A DNA stretch of 63,839 nucleotides, counting the filler, from Basidioascus undulatus (Eukaryota): the NCBI GenBank assembly GCA_000826855.1. It is 10 parts of 10 records of this genome, joined end to end, with 100 filler letters (N's around TTAATTAATTAA, not from the genome) between each part and the next. Parts side by side here need not be neighbours in the genome. Positions count along the whole stretch, not along the records: positions 34,335 to 38,512 come from JTLS01002219.1; positions 38,613 to 63,839 come from JTLS01000222.1; 8 more parts are not named here. The stretch is one strand, 5' to 3'. The notes beneath the pieces were generated by a model. It did no database searches and was not told the origin of the DNA. It worked only from the letters and a program-made list of their open reading frames with translations. Shown here one piece after another: positions 36,068-47,893 of this stretch; the first letter of the stretch is position 1; every line of letters begins with the position of its first letter. A program made the position numbers and the translations under genes.

Positions 36068-38512
36068 ATGTCCCTCCCCTCCTCTCCCGTCGTCTCCGCG
36101 CGCGCCGCCGTGCGCCCCCCCGCGGCACGCTTGTCCGTCCTGGGCGGTGTGGGGGGAGGAGGCGGAGGAGGCGGAGGCGGAGGCGGTGGCGGAGTGGGAG
36201 TGGGTGTGGGTGTGGGAGAGGCACCGATTCTGGAGCTCGAGGCGGACCATGTTGAGGCAGTTATTGAAAGAGGGGGCAGGGAGGAGGTCGTCGCTTGCTT
36301 ACGGGTCGTGCTGGAGGATCGGGACAAGGTGCGATTTCCCTCTCCTTCATCTTCTCCTTTCACCCTCTTCCGTCTTTCCCAGTTCTTCCAACTCACTGGA
36401 CGCTCCGAACCGCCCCCAGCTCCGCCTCCACTTCTCCTCCCTCTCCGACTCCCTCTCCGCCCTCTCCTCCGAGCTCACCCACACACGCTTCGCCCTCTCC
36501 TCCACGGAGACCCAGCTCGGCGCGTCCCTCGCCGCGCAGTCCCGCTCCGAAGACGAGCTCGCCTCGCACCTCGCGCAGATCGCCGCAGCGCAGCACAAGC
36601 TCGCCGCGTCCGAGCGGCGCGAGCGCGAGGCTGCCCGCCGGATCGAGGGGCACGAGAAGGACCGGCGCGCGTGGGAGGACGCGGAGGACGCGTACCGGGC
36701 TCGGATCGCCAAGCTCTCCGCGCGGGTCGCCGCTTCCGGGAGCGGGCGGGGCAGCCCGGCGCCTGTGAAGCGCTCTGTGCCGGAGCAGGGGCAGGATGGG
36801 GAAGGGGAGGAAGAGGGGCAGGGCGAAGAGGAGGAGCCCCCCGAGCAGGCCCCTGCGACCCCCACCGTGTCGGTTGATGAAAGGGCCGAGAAGATCAAGT
36901 ATGAGAATGAGCTGCGGCACGCGCGCGAGGAGGTGCGCGAGCTGGTGGGTGCGCGCGACGCGGTGGAGCGCGAGAGCGAGGCGCTTCGAGCCGAGCTGGA
37001 TGAGATTAGGAGGATGTATGAGGAGCTGCAGGTGCGTTCCTTCTTCCTCTTCCCCTTTCTCCCGCGCCCGTCCAGCTTTCTTCTTTGCTTTCTTCTCTTC
37101 CATTGTAACATCCGATCTGGGGCTGCGAGCTGATACCCCATGGCGTGCTCCCCCAGAGCGAGAACGAGTCCTACACGCTCCTCCTGCAAGAGCGCACCCT
37201 CTCCGGCGACCTCCTCGAGTCCTCCATCTTCAACCCCGCCTACGAAAACGAACACGCCGCCTCTCCCCTTCCGGAGGACGACTCCGCGCGCTCCGCCCGC
37301 CTGGAGGAAGTGCCCGAGGAGGCAGAGCCACCCGCCTCCTCCGGCGAAGATGAGGAGCAAGAAGCGACCCCCAGCCGCAGGCGCGGGCGCCGCCCCGCTG
37401 CGGCTGCGCAGAAGCGTGCGGAGAAGGGGAAGGAGGAGGAGGCGGGGCCGACGAACATGGCAGAGATTGGGGTACGTCTGAAAGAGCGGTGAAAGCGAGG
37501 GAAAGGGAGGAGGGAAGCTGATTGGGTGTGGGGTGGGGGCGGACAGGTTACCGGCCCCGGGCTCGATCTCGCTGCGGAGCTGGGGCGGGCGCGGGTGGAG
37601 AGCGATGCACGGGATGAGAAGGTCAACAGTGCGTCTGGAGGGAGAGGAGGGGGAGAGGGGGAAGGAGAAGGTTGGGCTGATCCGGGTGAGGGGGCGCGAT
37701 AGACCTCAAGGCGGAGGTGAAGAACTTGAGGGATGCGAACAAGGCGCTGTCTACTTATGTGGCTAAGATCATGTGCGTCTTCCTTCATCTCCTCTTACTG
37801 TCCGCAGGATGCTGAGATTGTTGGGGATTCGCAGCGACCGAATCATCACCCAAGAAGGTCCTTCCTTCCCTCCTCTTCACCTCCCCGACCCAACGAAATT
37901 CTCGATACTGACCTTCTCCCTCGTGCAACCAGGCTTCGAGCAGATCCTCGCGACCGACTACCGCGACCCCACCGAGCGCGAAACGATGCGCCTGCGCCGC
38001 GCGCAGTCCCAGGCAAACGGGACAAAGACCTCCGCCGGCCGCCCCGCCCTCTCGGGCGTGTCCGACGCGCTCCTCTCGACCTCCGACTGCCAGCGGCGGC
38101 GCAACGGCCCGCGGTACTCCACCCCTCTGCCGCAGCCTCAGCTCTCCCCTCCCCCCAACCCTCCGGTCGCTGCGTCCTCCCCCGACCCGGCGGGGGCCGT
38201 CTCGCCCACCCCGAAGAAGACCAAGCGCCGCTCCCTCTCGATAGACTGGGCGGGGCTCTTTGGGGGCGGGAGCAGCAGCGCGTCCTCCAAGTCCCCCCCT
38301 GTCCCGCAGCCGAAGGACCGCTCGCCCCTCCGCCCGCTCACGCTGGGCAGCAAGCACAGCGCCCCGCCCGCCCTCGCCGCAACCAAGCTGCCGAAGCACG
38401 AGGAGGACGAGGAAGACCGGAGGGAGCGCGAGCGCTTGGAAGAGGAGATGCGGCTTCACGGGGTCGCCCCCCCTCCCCCCCTTTCTTCTCCCCTCCTCCT
38501 CCTCCCCTGCCC
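36068..38512 (+). CDS. Coiled-coil protein with Rab11-FIP-like C-terminal motif, 3'-truncated
   Basis: Poly-Gly N-terminus, long heptad exons, 'ENESYTLLLQERTLSGD', 'LDLAAELG', 'LKAEVKNLRDANKALSTYVAKI-DRIITQEGFEQILA' across GT-AG introns. Confidence 0.72.
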
Positions 38513-38612
38513 NNNNNNNNNNNNNNNNNNNNNNNNNNNNNNNNNNNNNNNNNNNNTTAATTAATTAANNNNNNNNNNNNNNNNNNNNNNNNNNNNNNNN
38601 NNNNNNNNNNNN
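38513..38612. other. Artificial contig linker
   Basis: N44-TTAATTAATTAA-N44. Confidence 0.99.
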
Positions 38613-39085
38613 GTTGGGCGGCGGGGTGGGGGGCGGGAGGAAGGACGTGTCGAGCGGGGAGATGCTGAGGCAGAGTGGGGGCGGCGGGGACGTCTTGTCC
38701 GAGGGCACAAGGCCGAACGACGGCCCGTCTGGACCCGCACACCACTCCCACTCCGGCTTGGTGCTGGGGTGCGAGATGGGGGATGGGGAAGAGGTGGAGG
38801 TGGAGGAGGAGGGCGAGGACGAGGAGGACGCGTCGGAGCTGAAGCGCCGCCGGAGCCAGGGGGAGGACTTCTGGCGGAGGCGCGTGAGGGCGGAGAGCGC
38901 GGAGCGGGGCTTGGGGGGCGGGGAGGACGATTCGCGCGTCGAGGGACTGTGGGGGGCGAGGGGAGTTTAGATGGGACACGGTGTGTGGATGGATGAGGGA
39001 GGGGAGAGAGAACGTACGACAGCTCGACCTCGGAGGCGGCGAAGGCGCGGCGGGTGACGGATGGGGACGTGGGCGGGTAGGGCAT
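38613..39085 (-). CDS. Hypothetical Pro/Ser-rich protein, 5' part
   Basis: ATG 39085 'MPYPPTSPSVTRRAFAASEVELS', GTACGT donor, then a low-complexity exon running to the contig end. Frame of exon 2 uncertain. Confidence 0.45.
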
Positions 39086-39924
39086 TATGCCTCCTTGCTC
39101 AATAGGGAGGGGTTGCGAGAAAGAGAGAAGGAGAAAGATGAAAGAGCGCACGAGGAGAAGAGCGGTTCTTATGCCTCTGTGGAGCATAGCTCGGACGAAC
39201 GACGCGAGCACGAGCACGCACTAGGTTCCGTTCCGCGCGTATGTCGCAGACTGGTCGATAAATAGAGACAGGTGATACGATACGATGGGGGGGGTGCCAA
39301 GAATGCATTCAGTTGCCAGGCACATGGGAGGAAAGGGAGAGGGAGGCACGCAAGGGCAGGGCTTAGTCTGAAGCTCCGCCCTCGCGGATCGCGATCGAAC
39401 GGGTGGGCGAAGGCGAGCATGGGGAATTGAGGTGATTGTGCAAGAATAGGAAGTTGGATTGAGCTTGAGCTTGAACTTGATTGATGTTAATTGAGATGAG
39501 ATGGAAGATATGATGGTTTAAGTTGAGTCGTTGAGTCGGGCATGCGTCGACAGAAGTGAGTACGGTACGAATGAGTATGCACGAGTAAGGAGAGCCAACT
39601 CGACCTTGCGAAGAATCGCTGGTGGTGACGAGTTGAAGAGTGGTGTATGGCATTTGACAATGAATTAGCAGGTCATTTATAAGATGTGTGAGCAATAAGG
39701 GTATACGGCGGTAGCTTGATGGGTTTGAGGATGGACGTTGAGGGCAGACAAGTCGATGCTATCTGGCGACGCGCATTAAGCCCCTCCACCGGACCGACGT
39801 TTGACATAGCAGGATGACAATATCGCAATGACGCAAGCACGCCGTGCCTTCCCTTCCCACCGTCTCCCCTTTCATCTTGACGATCAACTCTCAACTTTTG
39901 ACCATCCCGCCACCTCGCGCGCTT

Positions 39925-42652
39925 ATGCGACCAACCCCGCGCCTACTGCGCAGCATGACTACCTCAAACCCCCCTCAGAAATACCCGCTCACGCGCCTCC
40001 CCCTCGCGCCACGGCACCTCCTCACCTCCTCGAACCTCACGCCCGACCCTCTCTACCCCTCACACAAAGTCTTCCGGTCAGCGCTGGGAACCGCACCCTC
40101 CCCACTGCGGCGCTCTCGCATCGTCCCGGGGAGGGCGGACGTGTCCTACGGCCCCCCCCCGTCCGGGCCGCCCACAGCGCATTTCTCCTACTGCACGCCC
40201 CTTCCCATCGAGTTCCCCTACGGCATCAAAGTCCAGGAGGGCGAGAACGGCGCGGAGGCGATCGAGAAGTGGTTGGCGGCGCGGGAGCCGCTGGAGGAGG
40301 AGCGGAAGCCGGAGGGGGAGGGGGGGTTGGGAAAGTATGGCTCGGGGTTGAGAGACTGGGACGCGAGGCTTGTGGCGGTTAGCGAGACGGCGCTCAGGGA
40401 CTGCTTGCCCCATTTGGAGGTGGGCGAGGAGGGAAATGAGGAGAGGAGGGACTTTGTGGATGTGCTGAGTGGGAAAAGCGTACTCCTGGGAGAGGAGTAC
40501 GCTCCTTACTCGCTGAGATAGTGCGTCTTCCTCGCCGATTCTCCGCAGATGGCTTGCTGATGAGGGAATGCTACAGTGGAGGTCACCAATTTGGTTTCTG
40601 GGCCTCCCAGCTGGGGGACGGTACGTCCTGAATCCTGCCTGAATGTGCCCAACGCTCACGCACTCCGCAACGCAGGTCGGGCCATAACGATCTGTGCGCC
40701 CACCCCTCCTTCCCCCTTCTACTTCCCAACGCAGCTTACACCCCGTCTTTCCTCTTTCAGTTGAAACTGTCAACCCCGAAACCGGCGAAAAGCAAGAGCT
40801 GCAGCTGAAAGGCGCAGGGCGGACGGCCTACTCGCGATACGCCGACGGTCTAGCCGTGCGTCCCTCTCTTCCCCCTCCCTCACCTCCTCTAACTCCTCCC
40901 CCCATGCAGGTCCTCCGCTCCTCCGTGCGCGAATTCCTCGGATCCGAAGGTAAACCCTGTTCCCTCTCCCTGCCCCATCCCCGCTAACTCTCCTTCTCCC
41001 TCAGCGATGGCCGCCCTCCGCGTCCCCACCACCCGCGCGCTCTCCCTGATCCACCTCCCCCGCACGAACGTCCGACGCGAGCGTCTCGAGACCGCCGCGC
41101 TGGTATGCCGGCTCTCGCCCTCCTGGCTGCGCCTCGGCAACTTCCAGATCCTCAACCCGCCCCGGAACGTCGGTATGCCGCGCGAGCCGGAGTGGGACGG
41201 GCTGCTGCAGCTCGTGCGGTACACGGGCGGGAAGGTTTTCGGGTGGGAGAAAGATGGGAAGGGCAAGGAGGAGGAGGGGTGGGCGGAGAAGGTTGTGAGG
41301 GAGGTTGCGCAGAGGAATGCGAGGATGGTGGCGAGATGGCAGGCTTATGGGTTCATGCATGGGGTGCTGAACTCGTGGGTACTCCCTCTTTTCATCTCGG
41401 TCATTGCCTTGGAATACTGACTAATGTGACGGTGATCGTGCAGCGACAACCACTCGGTCCTCGGCGTGACGATCGATTATGGACCCTTCGCTTTCATGGA
41501 CGTGTACGAGTGCGTGCACTTCCTCTACCGCTTTCCATTCTTCCTTATGCCGTGCTTACGCCCCCCCCTCCAGCGCCGGTCACATCTGCAACCACAGCGA
41601 CGAGTGCGCTCCCTCCCTTCCTCTCTTCTTCCCCCCTCTTCTCCTTCCCGCTCACCCTGCTCCTCCACGCCAACAGCGAAGGGATCTACTCCTACCGCCT
41701 CCAGCCCTCGCGGGTCCTCTGGGCGGTGCACCGCCTCATCGACTCGCTCGCGGAGCTCATCGGCGCCGAGCGCGCCTCGGGGCGGGCGGCCCTGCCCGGG
41801 TGGGGCGAGAAGGCGGCGCAGGAGGAGGGGCTATTGGAGCGGTGGAGGGAGGATGCGGAGAAAGTGAGGGAGGATGTGGAGGCCGAGTTCAAGAGCGTGT
41901 TTGAGAGCGAGTTTAGGGAGGTGTTTGGGAAGGTGCGTTGTGCGGCGCGCGAGGGGTCCCATGTGGAAGCCGGTTGCTAACCGGGGTCTGCTTCGTTGTG
42001 AAATCAGCGACTCGGCTTGAAGCGCCTCGACCGCTTGGACCAGCACGAACTGTTCGACCCTCTCCTGAACATGCTCGAAGAGCACGAGCTGGACTTCCAT
42101 TCGACCCTCCGCACCCTCTCCCGCTTCACGCCCTCCACCCCCGCGTCCTCGCTCCTCCCCTCGCTCTTGCCCGCAGGCCGCGTGCCTCAGTACCTCGCGG
42201 AGGAGGCCGTCCCGCAGGCGTGGACTGCGTGGCTGGAGAAGTACGCTCAGCGCATTCAGAGCGAGCGGGCCGAGTGGGGGGAGGAGGATGGAGAGGGGTG
42301 GGAGGAGAGGAGGAAGAGCGACATGCGCGGGTGGAACCCACGCTTCGTGCTGAGGCAGTGGGTGCTCGAGGAGGTGATTGGGCAGCTGGAGAAGGGCGAG
42401 GAGAATGGGTTCAGGAGGGTGCTGGAGGTGCGCTTTCGTTTCCCCTTCATTCCCCTTCCACCTCGCAAGCGCAGACTGATTGGTTTGTTGTTTTGGCGGG
42501 GAGGGCAGATGGTACACTCCCCCTTCGAGCCGTGGGGAGCAGAGGACAAGCCGGAGAGCGAGCCGCTCGATGAGGAGGAGAGGGAGCGCAGGAGGCTCTG
42601 CGGGATGGGCGACGACGCGCTGTTGGGGTTCCAGTGCAGCTGCTCGTCCTGA
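39925..42652 (+). CDS. FMP40: Protein adenylyltransferase SelO / Fmp40 (UPF0061), Cys-form
   Basis: '[24 protein letters not shown]', '[33 protein letters not shown]', 'WQAYGFMHGVLN-DN', 'TIDYGPFAFMD', 'NPRFVLRQWVLEEVI', C-terminus 'FQCSCSS*'. Confidence 0.95.
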
Positions 42653-43449
42653 GCTCGCGAGAAGGGAGGGCTAGGGGCCCGAGAATAAACGCTGTGAGAT
42701 AGGACTTGCAAGCGTTGATGAGACTGACGATTGATGATTGACACGAGCTTCGTTGGCTGCGCTGTGCTGGTGGGTGCTGCATGAAACATCTACGCGCATG
42801 CGGAACCCCCTGCACCACGCGGAACCCGCTGCGCTTGGTGGGCTTTGAAGGATGTGTACTTCCGGTACCGCTTCACTTCGACATACCACACACAGGGAGG
42901 GGAATACACATCTAGGGCGACTTGTGAGGGGCTTCCCGGTGCTTTTGTGGCTGCGCACAACTTTCTGTCCACGGGTTGCCAGTGGCAGGGCGGTGCGGCT
43001 TCGGTACACTTACCTCCAGCAGGCGTTTTGCACCCGGTTAGTTTTTTTTTTCAGTTTCACCACTCTCGCCGGCCCGAGTGTTATTTTGAACGTACGCATT
43101 AGACCCCAAGCAGCATGGCTTTTCGACTGGCCACTGGCCCTAGTTGGCTCTCCTCTAGGCTTGAGCTCTTTGTTTGACTCGTCTTATCTTCCCTCCATTT
43201 GTACAACCAATTTGAAATACTCCGAGAACTACCCAACGATTGCGGATAATCTGGTAGGTATTGTTGGCTGACGTGGAAGGCATCGGTACTTGTCGTCGCA
43301 TTCATCCTGCGCTTGACCCATATATCGCGTTCAAGTATGGTCGGTTTTCAGATGATGATTTGAATTCGACATGTGTGCTAGCAACATAGCTCCCGATTCT
43401 GAATGGTTCCGAAGTGTAAGAACTTCCTGCGCTGAGCTTAGTTGACGAT

Positions 43450-45677
43450 GCCGACGCCTGTGTTGGCTTGAACATAGTCCGCCGCGTCCTGAGGATTCAA
43501 GACCTTGTAGCCGGTGGCGGCGGACTCTATCGATTCACCACCGTCAGCGAGATGAGCCTTCACGGCCGTCTCCGTCGGAGGGCACTGCAAGAAAAGAAGA
43601 CACCCGAAGCAAAGGCGGAGAGGGCAGCCGTGTCAAGGCGATTGACTGAGCTTGGACTTGAGCAGCGAGTTGGCACGCAGGCCCGCCCGAAGTGCGACGA
43701 GCAGGCAGACGCCTCCGAGGAAGAGGTAGGGAAACACTCGGATCCTGCGCATTGTCAGCACCGCGTCTTTATGAGGAAAGGAAGGAGGCGTTGAAGCGCT
43801 GCCTACCATCGTTGTCGCTGATGGAGGGCGTCTTGACGTCTTTGAAGTAGTAATCGAATCAGTCACCCCTCTTTGTCGTTCGGGTTGCTAATGGACATGG
43901 GCAGCGTACGCATCGATGATCGCGTTGGCACCTGTCGTGGCGTCAATCGCGTGCCCGTCCACTACCGCACTCCGTGTCAGCAGGCATCCTGGATGTCTCT
44001 GGAAAGAGACGTACAACTGTCGTAGTAGTTGCGAACCGAAGGAGGAGCCGCCGATGTGATTGCTAAAGGTGACACAAAGGATGAATACGGGCTTTCTTCC
44101 TTGTCATTACCTAGTTTGCCTCACCCTGAGCAGCGAACCCAAGCATTAGTAGGTGTGTCGTTGACCAGAGATAAAGATCACGTTGCTCACATCGCAGGTT
44201 CTCTACAGTCGCGCCCTTGGATGGGCTCTTGATGCAGACGCTGATAAGAAGTTAAATGAGCTGCGGTGAGAGCCTCGAACCGACCCACACCCAAACGCAC
44301 CCTGTCCGGAACACCCAGCTGTTAGTCGCCGGGCATCAAGGCAAAGGGAAACTTCACTCACATTCGTCACGGTTGGTGACCTGAAGTGCATAGTCATGAG
44401 GCATTTGTAAGCGCCCAAGCCGCATCCATCATTTCAGAAAAAGCAGTGCTTACTTCCACATCGTGAACGTAGTAGTTGGTCTAAAGTGACGGGACGCGTC
44501 AGCTTGAGCATTCAAAGCAAGAGCGCATCGCCAACAACATGCCCCGCTGATGTCGATACCGTCAGTCGCCCCCTTTATGAGAGACCCTATCAGCTGAGGT
44601 AACTTATTTGATCAGGAGTGAAACGCGCACCTCGTCGGCACCAACGATGGTATGCCTGGTAAAGCCGATTCAACATCCTTCTTCTGGAAGAACGCTCATT
44701 GAGGACGCACCTTTAGATCGCGCAGCTTGTGCAGGTGTCGATGACCAGGTGAACGAAGCGAGTCGACGAATTTGAGCAGAAAAGTTTGTACCGTCTATCA
44801 CACGGAACATGCGGGGCCACCCACTGCGACCATCCTGGTTCGGCCGGTTCCGGTAGACAAAACCGTTCCTGGTTGTGGGGGGCGTCAACTACGCAAGCTG
44901 AGTCTAAGTGATGCCAGTCACCCTGGAGCGCCACATACCCTTGACTACACGAAAAGATGGCCATGCCGCATTGTCAATTCCGAAACGAGAAAGCCCGCTA
45001 TCCTGCGGAAGACGCACATCGCCCCAGTGTTTCTCCGAGTACAGCTCAAAGTTCTTGACGCGCTCGACAATGAGCATGTTCCCTGCGAGGGTGCCGGATG
45101 TGTAGCCGTCGTAGCTCGCAGTGATGAGCCCTCGATCTGAAACGCGCAATCGTCGTGGTTCGCGAGCTTGACGCTCGTTCTCAGCAGGAAATTGCCCTGT
45201 GAAGCAGGGTCCGATAACGGTCATGGGTATAGCATGAGAAATACCCGCACTCTTCAAAGCGGAAAGGTCTTTGACACACCTCCGGGATGTACAAGCGGGC
45301 GTGGGCCGCCTTCTTGACACAGTCGAAGAACGTGCTCGAGATAGCCGGGCCAAGGTCGGTCTTTAATGAATTGTTGGAATCAGGTACTGCAGTCTGTTGT
45401 GACCAAATAGTGTAACGGTGCTCACCGAGTTGTCTGCCTTGGCACCGTACTGCCTCAGAGGAGGACCAAAAGTCAACATTTGCTTTTCTACTGAATCCTC
45501 AGCTACAACCTAACGTACTTCAAGCACGTTACAAATGGTACTCTTCTCCGAAGCGGTCGAAGTGGGTCCGACGCTGCCGCTGTACCAAGCGACAACGCCA
45601 GTTGAGCTAGCGAGCAAGAGGCTCGCAGCGGGTCAAGGAAAGCGCTCGTAGACGATCGAAGGCAGGACAGCGAACAT
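43450..45677 (-). pseudogene. GH28 rhamnogalacturonase pseudogene
   Basis: 'YSGSVGPTSTASEKSTICNVL-YGAKADNS-TDLGPAIS', 'LYIPEGNF', 'GNMLIVERVKNFELYS', 'TDGIDI', 'VTNRDEC-VCIKSPS' are colinear with Aspergillus RGase A. Frameshifts in the signal peptide (about 45630) and at about 45130; C-terminal half fragmentary. Confidence 0.85.
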
Positions 45678-46389
45678 GACAGCGAACGCGAGAGTCAGTC
45701 CACCTGCAGCCTTATGTGCCGTAACGCCCAAGACCAGGTTGCCATATAAAGTACTGCAAGTGAAGAAGGGAGATGGAGTTCCATGTATTTTGAGGGCTCA
45801 TGACGGCCGGAGAGGGGGCGACGGAGGAGAATGGGCAGGTTATTGAGCAGGGAGACGACGGAAAAAGAAGTGCCGCGACTGCGCGTCGGGGGCAGGTCGC
45901 GATGTCGTTCCGACACGTCGAACAGGCCTTCATGCGTTCGTCTCCGCAGGGAGCGCAAGGGAGCGTGCACTTCCTACGATTGAGAGTCAGTAGGCATTCA
46001 AGCATGGAAAGCCAAGAAGCAGTGCCGGTCGGAAGCTGGCGACTGAGCACAAAGCGGAGGACACTGCATTTAATTACTGCAAAGCGATAGAAAGACGGTG
46101 TCCAGGTAGTCTTTGGCAGTGCATTACACAACAGCAAAACGATGATGGGTGATATGTCAATGCAGTGTCAGGCTGATACAAATAGAGATGCAGATAGTGT
46201 AAAGTGCCCGGCTATATGCGGGCGTATTGCAACGACAAGATGCGAGATGGTAAAATGCGAATGACGTCCTTACTTGAGTAAATCAAGATTCTGAAAAGCG
46301 AGGCGCGTACATATAGGAATGCAAAGAAGGCATGCAAACAAGCGAGTACAAGTAAGAAAGCAGTGGATTCCTCCCGGACCGAGATATCC

Positions 46390-47893
46390 TCAGTCGAACG
46401 CAGGCGGGACGAAGCCGTCCATGCGCGGGGTGCTCGCGGCCTTGGCGTCGGCAGCGGCGGCAGCGACGTCGAGATCGACGCCGCGCGGCGGGCGGCGGCT
46501 CAGGCTCGCGTGCTCGAGGCTCCGGAACGGCGGCGAGGGGAGCGGCGTCGGCTCAGGGGAGGAGGTGCCGACTGAGAGGCTGGGCTCGGGCGACGCCGGC
46601 GCCTCGGCAGCGAACGTAGTGTGGGTGGAGGACTTGGAGAAGAAAGACGAGAGCGAGCGCAGAGCGGTCGGGGCGCCAATCGAGGACGCGCCGGGGTTCG
46701 GAGAGGCGGAGGGGGTCGCGGTGGTGGATGAGGTGGGCTGGGGGGAGGAGGTGGGAGCGTCCTTGGGCGGCGGGGGCGGTGCTTGGGCGGAGTCGGCGCT
46801 GGAAGAAGCGGAAGCCGTGGAGTCCTTCCTCCAGCCAGCGAGCCAGCCACGAGCCGGAGCAGGCTTGGCAGGCTGCGGCTGCTCAGCGAGGACTTCCTGC
46901 GACTCAGCCTCCGCAGCGGTCGGGAGCGGGGGGAGCTTGAGCCCCTCGGGCTTCTGGCCGCCGTTGGCATCCATGAATTCGCGGAGGGCGTTCAGGCACG
47001 TCTCGCTCGCCTCGAGGCGCTCCTCGCTCTCCGCGAGCTTGGTGCGCAGGTCGAGGAGCTCAGCGCGGAGGGACGCGAGCCCGACGTCCGAGGCGATTGA
47101 GGGGGCGGGGGAGAGCGAGCGGGTGGGGGACGAGGAGCGGTGCGCGCTGGGGTCGGGCGACGTACGCGCGGAGACGACGCGGCGCTCGGGGATGGCGGAG
47201 GAGGCCGGGTGCAGCGAGTGCGACGGCGCGCCGAGCGAGAGCCGCAACTCCCGCAAGCCCGGCTTTGATTTCGTCGTCGTCGAGACGCTCTCGTCCGGGT
47301 TGGAGATGGAAGAGATGCGCCGGTGCGAGCGACCGCCGATAGTGTTGCGCTTCTGCAACGTGGGGCAGGAATCCATGTTCAGCCCGTGCTTGCTCCAACC
47401 TAATTCCATCTCAGAGCAGACAGGGACTCACCGAAAGCACTCCGTCCCCAACGTCAAGCCCCAACCCGACCGGCAAGATCATGCTCGTCCGCCTGTTCTC
47501 TCCCTCCGCCCGGCGCTTCATCTCCTCCTCCTGCTGCATCTGCAGGCGCATGAACCCGCGCCGGCTGTCCTCCAGGCGCGCGCGGAGGTCTCCCACGTGC
47601 TCCTCGGCATCCTGGCGCGCCGCGCGCTCAGCCTCGAGCTCGCCGCGCAGGGCGTCGACCTCGCGGCGCGCAAAGGCAAGGAGATCCGCCTGCGTCTCGG
47701 ACGAGGACTGGAGCTCGGCATTCTGGGTGCGCAGCGCGGCGAGCTGGCTCAGGAGAGACTCGGTGGAAGGCGTATCGTCAGAAGAGAGCGAGATGGACGG
47801 GGGACGGGAGGAGGATGTGCGGTCAACGGGCGAGAGAGGAGGCGTGTAGGAGCCCGGGACGGGCTTGGGGTGCGCGAGGTCGACGGCGGACAT
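46390..47893 (-). CDS. Hypothetical coiled-coil, Ser/Pro-rich protein (2 exons)
   Basis: Exon 1 heptads 'LAALRTQNAELQ...VGDLRARLEDSRRGFMRLQ', intron about 47353-47431, exon 2 'LRAELLDLRTKLAESEERLEASETCLNALREFM'. Confidence 0.75.

Noticed and set aside
36150..36215. GGCGGA/GTGGGT G-rich run as a regulatory G4
   Set aside because: It is explained by poly-Gly/Gly-Val coding sequence.
4209..38612. Regularly spaced TTAATTAATTAA palindromes every ~4.28 kb
   Set aside because: Embedded in N runs. These are artificial six-frame-stop linkers, and the spacing reflects size-sorted contigs (4208 down to 4178 nt). Gene adjacency across them is meaningless.
42630..42652. SelO as a selenoprotein
   Set aside because: It ends CSCSS followed by a normal TGA. 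This is the Cys-containing fungal form, with no in-frame Sec codon.
42700..42900. Expected tenth linker is missing; last contig is >25 kb
   Set aside because: No visible junction. Most simply a contig-ordering effect (e.g. sorting by name), not biology.
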